Under the pieces are notes generated by a model that saw nothing but the letters and a program-made list of their open reading frames with translations, was not told the origin of the DNA and ran no database searches. Shown piece after piece: positions 18,524 through 27,199 of a DNA stretch of 64,000 bases. This stretch comes from Streptosporangiaceae bacterium (GTDB lineage: Bacteria; Actinomycetota; Actinomycetes; Streptosporangiales; Streptosporangiaceae). The position numbers and the translations under genes are program-made. The DNA is taken from the NCBI GenBank assembly GCA_035532275.1, contig DATKRG010000203.1, forward strand, positions 69-64,068, given 5' to 3'. The number at the start of each line of letters is the position of its first letter. Position 1 is the stretch's first letter.

Positions 18524-21500
18524 TCAGTCTGCCGGATCGCCGCGGCGGATGTGAAAAGAAACGCCGTGCCGGGGCTCGCTGTCCGGTCCGCATCGTGCAA
18601 GGCCGTGCAGCGATGTCAGCACCGTCAGCGCGGCACCGCGGCTCAGGTCCTCGTGGTGGCGTTCGTTGCGCGGGGTGCGCAGGCAGCCGTAGCAGGATGT
18701 CTCCAGGCCGCAGTCACACGACGCTACCCGCCGCAGCGCGGTGGCGATCACCGTGTCGAGCGCGGCGGCGATCCGCAGCACGCTGCCCGCCCCGCCCGGG
18801 ACAGTGTCGAACAGCACCAGGCCGCTGCGGCCGTCCGCACCGGAATGCACCACCCCGTCGATGTCGCCGCGGCTGATCTCCAGCCCGTCGGCGGCGCCCT
18901 CCAGCGCCGCGTACAGGAGGGAGTGCCACTGCGCCCCGGTGTCCAGGCCGGGCGCGTCGAGCCGCAGCCGCAGGATGTCCGTCTCATAGGTGTGCGCGAG
19001 CGAGCGCCAGCGCAGCGGCCCCGTGCACGGCTTGCCGCGCAGCGGGCTGACGTGCGACTTGGGGGACCGGCCGTGGTTGGGGGCGCCCCAGCCGCACCAG
19101 TCGCAGATCAAGAACCCGGAGCCGCCCGGCCCTTCGGCCAGCGACACCAGCCGGCCGCGCGCACCGGAGTGGCACCACGCCAGCGCGCCGGTGTTGGCCT
19201 CCCAGCGGGACTCGGCGAGCTCCTCGCCAAGCGACACCACGTGCACGGCACCGTTCCAGGACCGCTGCGGCGGCACGGTGCTGGGCTTGCCGGTGCGCGG
19301 GTCGGCGACGAAGCCAAACTCCGGCACGCAGTATTCGCGGACCGGGCCGTCGGCGGGCCGCCCGCACGCGGAGCAGGCCGGCTCCAGGTCGGCGCCGCCC
19401 TCCCGGTAGTGCCGGCAGCCCCGGCACACCGTGTAGCTGCGGGTGATCAGCTCCCGGCCGGGAAGACGGTAGATGCCGCCCGAACGCCACAGCACCCCAC
19501 CAGCGATCAGCTCGGCGCCCGGCGCGTATTCGTGGATGGCCACCGACAGGTCCCGGTTCAGCTCCAGCCGGGCCCCGACACCGCTGTCGCAGTGCGCGGT
19601 GCGCAGCTCGACGGTGTCCACCGGAAACCCGTACTTCGGCAGGACGTTCCGGTTGGCCAGGTAGCCGATCAGCGGCCGACGCGTGATGGTGGCGATGCTG
19701 CGCTCGAACCGGGCCGCCAGGTCGCTGCGCCGGGACTCGAACGCCTCCGTGCGGCGCTCCTCGAACGTCACCACATCGTGGGCCAGTTCGGCACGGACCT
19801 GCTCCAGCAGTCCGCACAACCGCTCCACCCAGCTGCCGTCGTCCAGCCCGATCTGCGGCCAGGCCGACTCCGGGAGCACGGCGCGCAGCGCCGTGCCGAC
19901 CTCGGCGGGCACCGGGGTGAGGTAGCCGCGGACCGCGTCGCAGGGCGGATCGCCGCATCCGGCAGGCAGGCTCTGCTGGCCCGGGGGGACGACCCCCCGG
20001 AACCCTCCGAGGAAAAAATCCCCGGCGGTCTTCCACTCCCGGCCGCCGTTGTCCTTGCCGTCCCGGAAGAACGCCGCGAGCGCCACCGAATGCGCGTGCC
20101 GCCGGTCGATGCGCGGGTTTCCGAGCGGCACGTAGGGGGCACGGACCTGCCCGGTCAGCATCGACTCCGGCGCCTGATAACGGGACAGGTCGTGGGAGCG
20201 GCGCTGAGCGTAGGTGAGGACCAGCGCGGCGGTGCCGCTGCGACGTCCCGCCCGCCCGGCCCGCTGGATGTAGTTGGCGGTGCTGGGTGGCATGTTCCGC
20301 AGCAGCACCGCCGAGAGCGACCCGACGTCGACGCCCAGCTCGAAGGTGGTGGAGCAGCTCAGCACGTTGACCTCGCCGGCGAGGAACCGCTGCTGGATGT
20401 CGGCTGCCTCCAGGCCGGTCCACTGCGCGGTGTGCTCACGGGCCACCAGCGGCACCGGCGCTGTCCGCTGGTACAGGGCGCGGTAATGGCCGTCGTCGTC
20501 GGCACGGTCGGAGGCCAGCTCACCGGTGCAGCCCAGTGTCGGGCACACCCCGCGAAGCGCGGCCGTGGTGACTCGTCGGCACAGCGAGCACCGCCACAGG
20601 CCGTCGCCAGGGGACAGCGTGAGCCAGGTGTGATCGATCTGGTGCACCTGGCCCAGCCTGGGCAGCGCCGCCGCGTGCAGCCAGCCGTCCCTGGCAGCGG
20701 TGAGCGCCCGCCAGCACCCGGCCAGCACGTCGCGTGCGTCGGCCCCGGACGCGGGCTCGCCGAGGGCGGCCAGCAGCCGGCGCAGGTAGTCGAGCCGCTT
20801 GTTGACGCCACGGGTGGGCAGCCAGCTCAGCACCTTGAGCTTCGCCTCCGCACCGTCACCGCGGACGTAGATCGGTCCGCGCCGCGGCTCGAACATCTCG
20901 TCGGCCGGGTCGACCTCCTCCGGCATCGTGAGCGCGCCCTGCAGCCGTACCGTGCGGAGCAGTTCGGTGAGCAGCGTCGCGCACTCCTGTGCGGACAAGC
21001 CGAGATCGAGCAGCGGGGCGGGTGGCCGCCACGACGGCTCCACGCCCAGCCCGACCTGCAGCAGCCCGAGGCCTTCCAGGGACTGGCGTTCGTCGAGGGC
21101 GACCAGCTCGCGCAGCACCCAGCGGGCGGCCTCCCGGCGGCGGCCCTGCCGCGACTCCCGCCGGGAGAACACCCCGGCACGGCCGGCCGCGGCCGCGGTC
21201 TCCTCGATCAGGTCGTCCACCGTGGCGTAGGTGTCGTGGGCGGTGGCCCGCGCCAGGCCGTCCAGGATCAGCCGTCGCTGCTGCACGAGCGCGTGACTGG
21301 ACTCCAGGTAAGGGGCGAAGAACGCGGCGGCCTGCCGACTGTCGCTGAACGCGAGGAGCTTCCGGCCGCCTCCGGGCCGGTCCGCGAACTCCTCATCCGG
21401 GGGCAATGCCTGGTAGAGCGCGGTGGCCAGCACCGCCGCGGCCGCCTCATTGCCGCTCTCGAAGAGCCGCACCAGCCCGGCGCCGCGCGCGCCGCAGGCC

Positions 21501-23350
21501 AGGCACCCGTTCGGGGCGCTGGACTTGGCCGCCAGCCGCCGCACCCGCCGCAGCCCGGCGGCGGAACATCCGCACGGCGCCGTCCCCGCCGCGGCCGCGG
21601 TCACCGCGTGCAGGGCTCCGCACCGTCCGCACAGCGACGCGTCCTTGGCGGTCGCCGCCGCGGCCTGCTCCAGGATCTCGTCGTCCTCATCCACCGTCTC
21701 GGCCGGCGCGTCGAGCAGCAGCCAGGCACGGCGGTCGGGCCGCGCCGCGCGCGAGGTGAAGCGCTCACCGCCGGAGTCGCGCTCCACCGAGCCAGCCAGG
21801 TGCACCGCGCCGCACCGCTTGCAGCATCCGAACTCAAACACGGCGCCGCAGCAGTCCGGGCAGATCTCGTGCCGGGCCAGCGACACGTGCGGGCCGCCCG
21901 GCGTCAGGCAGGTGAACGCGCCCTCGGTGGCCCGGGCGAACAGGTGGTAACGGGCGGACAGCACCGGGGCGCCGGCGGCGTCGCGGATCTTCGCGCCCAC
22001 CGCGACCAGTGCGGCGAGCGCCGCCTCCGCGCGGGGACCATCCGCGTCGGCGAACACCTCAGCGGCCAGGTCGGCGAACGGCCGGGGCGAGCGCGCGAGC
22101 AGGGCACGCAGCCGCGCCATCGTCTGCTCGTGGGCGAGGATCAGCGCGGCGTCGCGACCACCAAGACCGGCGGCCGCCGGATCGTCCGCGGCGCGGCTCA
22201 GCAGCGCCGCCCCTGGATCGGCCGAGGTGCCCAGGCCGAGGTAGTCGGCGGGGCCGAGCGGCCCCCACAAAGGTCCGGCCGGGATGTCCACCCGCTGCGC
22301 GCCGACCAGATCCTGGCGTGCCGGGTCGCCGTCCACCCACTCAAAGGGCGCGTCGAACAACTTGGCGGCGAAGTCCATCACCGCCTGCGGATGGTCGCCG
22401 ACGGTGGCGCTCGTGGCGATCGCCTGGAACGTCGCGTCGTCCCGGCCGCGGCCGACGCGCTCCCGCAGCCGGCGCAGCAGCATGCCGACCTCTTCGGCCT
22501 TCGCCCCGTCGTAGACGTGCGCCTCGTCCAGCACGACGAACCGCCAGTGCCCGCCGTGCTTGCCCTCGAACAGTTCCATGTCCGCCGGGCGCAGCAACAG
22601 GTACTCCAGCATCGCGTAGTTGGTGAGCAGCAGGTGCGGCGGGCTGTCGCGCATCTCCTGGCGGCTGAGCAGTTCGTTCGGCAGCCGTGGCTCGCCCGGG
22701 TTCAGCGACTCGAACAGCGACGCGCCCTCGCCGGCGCGCTCCGGAGTGTCCCCGGTGTAGCGGCCGAAGGTGATCTGGGGCGCGTCGGCCAGCAGCCGGC
22801 GCAGCCGGCGGAGCTGATCGTTGGCGAGCGCGTTCATCGGATACAGCAGCAGCGCCCGCACCCCGGGTCCGAGCGTGCCCGCCTGGTGCTCAGCGGTCAG
22901 CGCCGACAGCACCGGCAGCAGGAAGCTCTCGGTCTTCCCTGACCCGGTGCCGGTGGCCACCACCAGGTTCCGGCCCGCGACGGCCTTCCGCAGTGCCTGC
23001 TCCTGATGGCAGTAAAGGGGCCGGTCGAGGGGCAGCGCCACACCGCCCAAGCGGGCGAACGCGGGATCCAGCACGCCCTCGCCGATCAGGTCACGCAGGC
23101 TCGCCCCGGTCCGGTAGGGCGGCGTCGCCTCAAGCAGCGGCCCCTTCGTCAGCAGCGGGCTGGCGGCGATGCAGTCGGCGAGCGCGACCGCAAGCCCGCG
23201 GTCACGGACCGGCAACAGCGACCGCAGGTAGCGCCGGTAGGTGGCGCTCAGCGCAGTGCTGGTGGCGATCGCGTCCACGGTGCAAGCCGTTCCCGAGCGA
23301 AAGGAAATGCCTCCTGGGACTGTACAGCGCCATGAGGGGCACATGCGCAC
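18524..23350 (-). CDS. druE: Very large DEAD/DEAH-box helicase with C-terminal DUF1998 (MrfA-type Zn) module; Druantia DruE-like
   Basis: Motif I VATGTGSGKTESF, motif II FVVLDEAHVY, helicase-C ELGVDVGSLSAVLL and motif VI YIQRAGRAGRR. C-terminus SCDCGLETSCYGCLRTPRNERHHEDLSRGAA. Several CxxC pairs are inserted between and within the RecA lobes. The start is uncertain (GTG 23350, ATG 23344 or GTG 23278). Confidence 0.75.
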   Translation of the reverse strand: MRMCPSWRCTVPGGISFRSGTACTVDAIATSTALSATYRRYLRSLLPVRDRGLAVALADCIAASPLLTKGPLLEATPPYRTGASLRDLIGEGVLDPAFARLGGVALPLDRPLYCHQEQALRKAVAGRNLVVATGTGSGKTESFLLPVLSALTAEHQAGTLGPGVRALLLYPMNALANDQLRRLRRLLADAPQITFGRYTGDTPERAGEGASLFESLNPGEPRLPNELLSRQEMRDSPPHLLLTNYAMLEYLLLRPADMELFEGKHGGHWRFVVLDEAHVYDGAKAEEVGMLLRRLRERVGRGRDDATFQAIATSATVGDHPQAVMDFAAKLFDAPFEWVDGDPARQDLVGAQRVDIPAGPLWGPLGPADYLGLGTSADPGAALLSRAADDPAAAGLGGRDAALILAHEQTMARLRALLARSPRPFADLAAEVFADADGPRAEAALAALVAVGAKIRDAAGAPVLSARYHLFARATEGAFTCLTPGGPHVSLARHEICPDCCGAVFEFGCCKRCGAVHLAGSVERDSGGERFTSRAARPDRRAWLLLDAPAETVDEDDEILEQAAAATAKDASLCGRCGALHAVTAAAAGTAPCGCSAAGLRRVRRLAAKSSAPNGCLACGARGAGLVRLFESGNEAAAAVLATALYQALPPDEEFADRPGGGRKLLAFSDSRQAAAFFAPYLESSHALVQQRRLILDGLARATAHDTYATVDDLIEETAAAAGRAGVFSRRESRQGRRREAARWVLRELVALDERQSLEGLGLLQVGLGVEPSWRPPAPLLDLGLSAQECATLLTELLRTVRLQGALTMPEEVDPADEMFEPRRGPIYVRGDGAEAKLKVLSWLPTRGVNKRLDYLRRLLAALGEPASGADARDVLAGCWRALTAARDGWLHAAALPRLGQVHQIDHTWLTLSPGDGLWRCSLCRRVTTAALRGVCPTLGCTGELASDRADDDGHYRALYQRTAPVPLVAREHTAQWTGLEAADIQQRFLAGEVNVLSCSTTFELGVDVGSLSAVLLRNMPPSTANYIQRAGRAGRRSGTAALVLTYAQRRSHDLSRYQAPESMLTGQVRAPYVPLGNPRIDRRHAHSVALAAFFRDGKDNGGREWKTAGDFFLGGFRGVVPPGQQSLPAGCGDPPCDAVRGYLTPVPAEVGTALRAVLPESAWPQIGLDDGSWVERLCGLLEQVRAELAHDVVTFEERRTEAFESRRSDLAARFERSIATITRRPLIGYLANRNVLPKYGFPVDTVELRTAHCDSGVGARLELNRDLSVAIHEYAPGAELIAGGVLWRSGGIYRLPGRELITRSYTVCRGCRHYREGGADLEPACSACGRPADGPVREYCVPEFGFVADPRTGKPSTVPPQRSWNGAVHVVSLGEELAESRWEANTGALAWCHSGARGRLVSLAEGPGGSGFLICDWCGWGAPNHGRSPKSHVSPLRGKPCTGPLRWRSLAHTYETDILRLRLDAPGLDTGAQWHSLLYAALEGAADGLEISRGDIDGVVHSGADGRSGLVLFDTVPGGAGSVLRIAAALDTVIATALRRVASCDCGLETSCYGCLRTPRNERHHEDLSRGAALTVLTSLHGLARCGPDSEPRHGVSFHIRRGDPAD

Positions 23351-23359
23351 GGCTCAAAG

Positions 23360-25246
23360 TCAACCGGACAGCCACGGGTCGGCGGTCGGCGCCGAAGCGC
23401 TGATCCGGGCGATCACCGCGGTCCGCGCGCCGACGGTGATCCGCAGCTCCGCGCCACCGTGGGCGCTCACCGTGTCCAGCATCCGCCGCAACGGATACCC
23501 GCCCCGCTTCGAAGGCTCCAGCACCTGCACGACCCCGCACGCGGCGACCACATCGATGGGCGGGTCGCCGGCGGCCCCGGGCAGGTCCAGGCGCAGCGCG
23601 CCACCGCGGATCAGGTCCGTCGTCTCCAGCGGCAGCGGCCCGAGGCTGTGCCAGGCCGTGGGGGCTTCCCCACTGCCTGGTTCGGGCTGGATCCGTATCC
23701 GGCAGTGCGGCGGGGTGACCCGCAGCGGCAGCACGACCGGGCCCGCCACACACGCCACCTCGATCCCGGTGGCCTGCGCCGGGAGCGTCGCCGCGCAGGG
23801 CGAGACGGTCATTCCGGGCGCGGGCGAAAGCACCGCCTCGGCCGTCTCCAGACCCTCCTCACCTGTCAATCGCAGCGCGGGCGAGTAGCCAACGTCCAGG
23901 CCCTCGGCCACGGCTACCACACGGCGCAGCCCGGAGGCGGGCGCCGTGCCCAGCGCGGTCACGGTCACCACCAGCTCGCCGAGCACCGGACGGGGCGCCC
24001 GCTCCCACAGGCGATCCGGATCCCAGCGATCCCCATTCGTCTCGACCGCCCCCAGGACCGGGCCGGAGCCCGGCCGCCGCACTTCGACCCGCCACCGGAC
24101 CTCGCCGGCGGGCAGCCGCACCATCGGCAGCGTTCCGAAGACTGCAAGCCCCTCCGTTGTGTGGATCCCCGGTACCGGGGCGCCCGTCACCAGCCGCGGT
24201 TTCCACCGACTGCGGACCGGGCGCCGCCGCGGCGCGTCCTCGCCCGCGGGCTCCAGTTCCAGCCAGGCCACTCCGGACAGGTCCAGCTGGACCAGCCGCC
24301 AGCCATTCCAGGTGAGCGGCAGCCTGCTCTCCACCAGGACCTGCGGCGCGGTGTCGGCGCGCAGCGCCCGGTCCTCCGGGTAGACCAGCCAAACGGTCTC
24401 GGGCGGCAGCACCATCCCGATGGGCTCACCGTCAGCGTGGAAGGCCAAGAGCGGATTCGCAGGATCGGTGACCTCGTCCGGAGACATTGGGGTCCAGGTT
24501 CCGGCATCGTCTCGGTCACGATCGGTGTCGGGGTCCGCGGCGCGGGTCAGCACGCCCCGCCCGAACGGATCGAGCCGGGGCGGCGGCCCTCGGCCCGGTC
24601 CGGGGTGGGCGGCCGTGACCCTCTGGGCCGCGTCGATGATGCGGCGCGGCAGGGACAGCGCCACCAGGTCCTCGGCGGCGGGGGGTTCATCGTCCTCGGT
24701 GAGCAGCTCCATGAGCGCACGGCAGCGTTCGACGAACCCGGCGCCCGACCGCAGGCGCAGCAGCGCGGCGACCGCGGGATCGAGCGCGGCCAGCTCCTGC
24801 TCCGGGGCTCCGGTACCGGCCAGCCACAGGAACTGCGGCAGGGACGGCGCGGTCACCGCCGCATGGGCGAGCACCGTCTCACGCGGGTCGCCCGCCAGGG
24901 CTGGGACGCCCAACGCCGCGAGTGAGCCAAGGAACGCCTCGCTCCAGTCAGCGGCGGAGCGCTTGGTCGGGCGCGATGCAGTCGCCCGGTGCCAGGCCGG
25001 CCAGACCTTCCCGTTCTTGTCGTGGTGAGCCGTGATCTGCGCCACGGCGACCACGACGCAGGCCGGCCACCGGCGGCTCAGTACTGCCGGCGGCTCGGGC
25101 TGGGAAAGTTCTCCCAGTGCCTTTGCCGCCGCGTCCAGCATCTCGGGTTCCATGTCGAGTGTCCCGGCCGGCTCTCCGGCCGCGAGATGCCGACGCCAGC
25201 CGGGCTCGAGAAGGTCGAGCAGCGTGCCCGTTGGCGGCCCGCTCAT
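23360..25246 (-). CDS. Hypothetical 629-aa protein, candidate helicase partner (DruH-like by position only)
   Basis: ATG 25246 is preceded by GAAGGGGG at 5 nt. The stop lies 9 nt before the helicase ORF. I recognise no catalytic or binding motif. The C-terminal half looks like repeated beta-rich modules. The longer ORF to 25510 would read antisense through a RelE fragment. Confidence 0.5.
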   Translation of the reverse strand: MSGPPTGTLLDLLEPGWRRHLAAGEPAGTLDMEPEMLDAAAKALGELSQPEPPAVLSRRWPACVVVAVAQITAHHDKNGKVWPAWHRATASRPTKRSAADWSEAFLGSLAALGVPALAGDPRETVLAHAAVTAPSLPQFLWLAGTGAPEQELAALDPAVAALLRLRSGAGFVERCRALMELLTEDDEPPAAEDLVALSLPRRIIDAAQRVTAAHPGPGRGPPPRLDPFGRGVLTRAADPDTDRDRDDAGTWTPMSPDEVTDPANPLLAFHADGEPIGMVLPPETVWLVYPEDRALRADTAPQVLVESRLPLTWNGWRLVQLDLSGVAWLELEPAGEDAPRRRPVRSRWKPRLVTGAPVPGIHTTEGLAVFGTLPMVRLPAGEVRWRVEVRRPGSGPVLGAVETNGDRWDPDRLWERAPRPVLGELVVTVTALGTAPASGLRRVVAVAEGLDVGYSPALRLTGEEGLETAEAVLSPAPGMTVSPCAATLPAQATGIEVACVAGPVVLPLRVTPPHCRIRIQPEPGSGEAPTAWHSLGPLPLETTDLIRGGALRLDLPGAAGDPPIDVVAACGVVQVLEPSKRGGYPLRRMLDTVSAHGGAELRITVGARTAVIARISASAPTADPWLSG

Positions 25247-25353
25247 GGTCGCCCCCTTCACCGCTCGCCAGCGTCCCATGGCCCGCGGGTGAAGCGTAGC
25301 CACCGGCGCTGGGTCAGTGGGCCGTTGACCGCAGCCGGCGGGCCTGGTAGCCA

Positions 25354-25470
25354 TTAGGGCTCGACGGCCTGCACAGCGCCCGTGGCGGTGACTACCGGGT
25401 GATCTACCGCATCGACGACCAGTGCCGCAGAGTCTACGTCGTGGCCGTCGAGCACTGCTGCGCCCGCTAG
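25354..25470 (+). pseudogene. RelE/ParE-family toxin, 3' fragment only
   Basis: Hand translation LGLDGLHSARGGDYRVIYRIDDQCRRVYVVAVEHCCAR*. It is paralogous to 58278-58376 (77 of 99 aligned nt identical by hand). No start codon, N-terminal half or antitoxin gene. Confidence 0.6.
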
Positions 25471-25763
25471 GGGCAGAACCGGCGCTAGCCAGCGCCAGCT
25501 CCGTTCCCACTCTCTTGACACTTGCTCTGCTGTCAGTGCGCAGCGCCTTTTTGCGGGTGACTCTTGCCGCCTGCGCAACGGGTCATGCCAGTCCTGCCCC
25601 CGCTGACCTGCGGGGCCTGCCTGTGCGGTAGGCGAGCATGCCTGCCGAAGTTGTAGCCAGAGACGGCACCCACCGGGATCGGCCGTTCCCCGCGGTCAAG
25701 CCCGGAACGTGATGGGTTGCCTGGCAACGGCCAGGGCGGTCCCGGGCGCCAGGTAGGTGGGCC

Positions 25764-26657
25764 TTAGGGCATCAGGTGCTTGGCGAGCCAGTCGCGGGCC
25801 GGGACGCTCGCGGCTTCGAAGCCCTTTACGTAGGCGTCGAAATGACCGCCGGGCAGGATCACGAGCTTCTTGGGCTCGTGCGCTTTGTCGTAGGCAGCGA
25901 TGGCGAGCTCGGACGGGACGAGATGGTCGCCCTCTGCGGCCAGCAGCAGCAGCGGTGTCGGGCTGATGTAGGGCATGTAGCTCACCGGTTCGTACTCGGT
26001 GAACATCTCGACGCTGCGCAATGTGACCTCGTTGCGCCAGGACGGGGCGCGGGTCTTGCCGGTCTGGGTGAACCACTGCCAGGAGTCCGCGGTCGGCAGT
26101 GCCGACGCGGCCAGCGGGTCCTCATCGACGACAGGGACCATGGCGGGCGGCTTTCCCTCGAAGCGGGCGCGCCGGTCGGCGTCGAACATCTCCCGGAACC
26201 CGGCGATGAAGTCCGACCGGACCAAGGCGCGCAGGTTGTCGTGACCACTGACCAGCGGGACCTGGCTCACCACGGCCTTCACCCGGCGGTCGATCGCGGC
26301 GACCACCAGAACGTGGCCGCCTGAGTAACTACTCCCCCAGATCCCGATCCGCGCGGCGTCGACCTCGGGCAGGGTGCCGGCGAAAGTGATGGCATGACGG
26401 TAGTCGCGGACCTGCACCCACGGATCAATCTCCAGCCGCGGCTCGCCATCGCTGGCACCGAAGTTGCGGTTGTCGAACACCAGCACGTTGAGCCCGGCCC
26501 CGTTGAACACCTCGGCGAAACTGTCCAGGTACATCTCCTTCACCGCCGAGAAGCCATGTGCCATCACAACAGCCGGGGCAGGGCTGGCCTCGGCCGCATA
26601 GAACCAGCCGCGCAGGATAACACCCTCGGCATTGAACTCGATGTCGCGCCGGGCCAT
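25764..26657 (-). CDS. Alpha/beta hydrolase
   Basis: ATG 26657 is preceded by GGAGGAG. MARRDIEFNAEGVILRGWFY...VVMAHGFSAVKEMYL...IGIWGSSYSGGHV (nucleophile-elbow-like). Confidence 0.85.
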   Translation of the reverse strand: MARRDIEFNAEGVILRGWFYAAEASPAPAVVMAHGFSAVKEMYLDSFAEVFNGAGLNVLVFDNRNFGASDGEPRLEIDPWVQVRDYRHAITFAGTLPEVDAARIGIWGSSYSGGHVLVVAAIDRRVKAVVSQVPLVSGHDNLRALVRSDFIAGFREMFDADRRARFEGKPPAMVPVVDEDPLAASALPTADSWQWFTQTGKTRAPSWRNEVTLRSVEMFTEYEPVSYMPYISPTPLLLLAAEGDHLVPSELAIAAYDKAHEPKKLVILPGGHFDAYVKGFEAASVPARDWLAKHLMP

Positions 26658-26814
26658 CTCGATCTCCTCCGGGAACGGGGCCACCTGCTATGGAAGGGCC
26701 AGTCCAGCCCCTCAAAGCCATCGTAACCCCAGGCTCAAGGGCCAGCCGTCTCACACTTGAACAGCAGCAGCCTCATCCCGCCGCCGGGTTCGCTGCCACG
26801 AGCAACCCCCGTGC

Positions 26815-27135
26815 CTAGCCGTGGCCGCATGGCCGCCGCAACCATCCCGCCGGCAGACCGGTGACGCTGCGCCCGGGCACGTCGATGTGTGGCACCAGGT
26901 CACCGGGGTCAGGGCGGCCGGGGGCGCCGCCTGTGACGAATGGCAGCCTCTTCTGGGCGTTTGGCGGGCTGCTCAGGCGATGAAGGCGGCCGTCGGCCGG
27001 GGCTGAGGATGATCGGGCGTTCGCTGCGCTCCCCGGTAGCCAGGCCGGTCGCCCGGGCAGTCTGCTGTGCAAGCGGGACAGTGACCCGCTTGCCGTCCTG
27101 GCGCACGATCGCGAGGGTCTGGGTTGCCTGGCCCG
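26815..27135 (-). pseudogene. Decayed tyrosine recombinase/integrase remnant
   Basis: Minus-strand frames give ...LAIVRQDGKRVTVPLAQQTARATGLATGERSERPIILSPGRR. This resembles the integrase block L.V.GKG.K.R.VPL...A...YL..R...PLF.S. In a shifted frame ...LVPH...GHG* follows. Frameshifted, and key Arg/Tyr residues were not identifiable. Confidence 0.35.
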
Positions 27136-27199
27136 GTGGGACCGCAGCCGGGCCGTTGGTCCCTACCCTGGTGCTGGTGGGCAGCTATACGGTGCGCTT

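Noticed and set aside
18500-22942. 1,480-aa ORF on the + strand
   Set aside because: It is antisense to the DEAD/DEAH-DUF1998 helicase. The translation is low-complexity and Arg/Gly/Pro-rich with no recognisable motif.
23459-24925. 488-aa ORF on the + strand
   Set aside because: It is antisense to the 629-aa helicase-partner gene. The minus-strand frame has a good SD and start and is tightly coupled to the helicase, while the plus frame is Arg/Pro/Gly-rich. This is a weaker rejection than the others because the partner itself has no known motif.
25247-25510. N-terminal extension making the helicase-partner ORF 716 aa
   Set aside because: The extension is Arg/Gly/Cys-rich and reads antisense through the RelE fragment. 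ATG 25246 has a strong GAAGGGGG Shine-Dalgarno at 5 nt.
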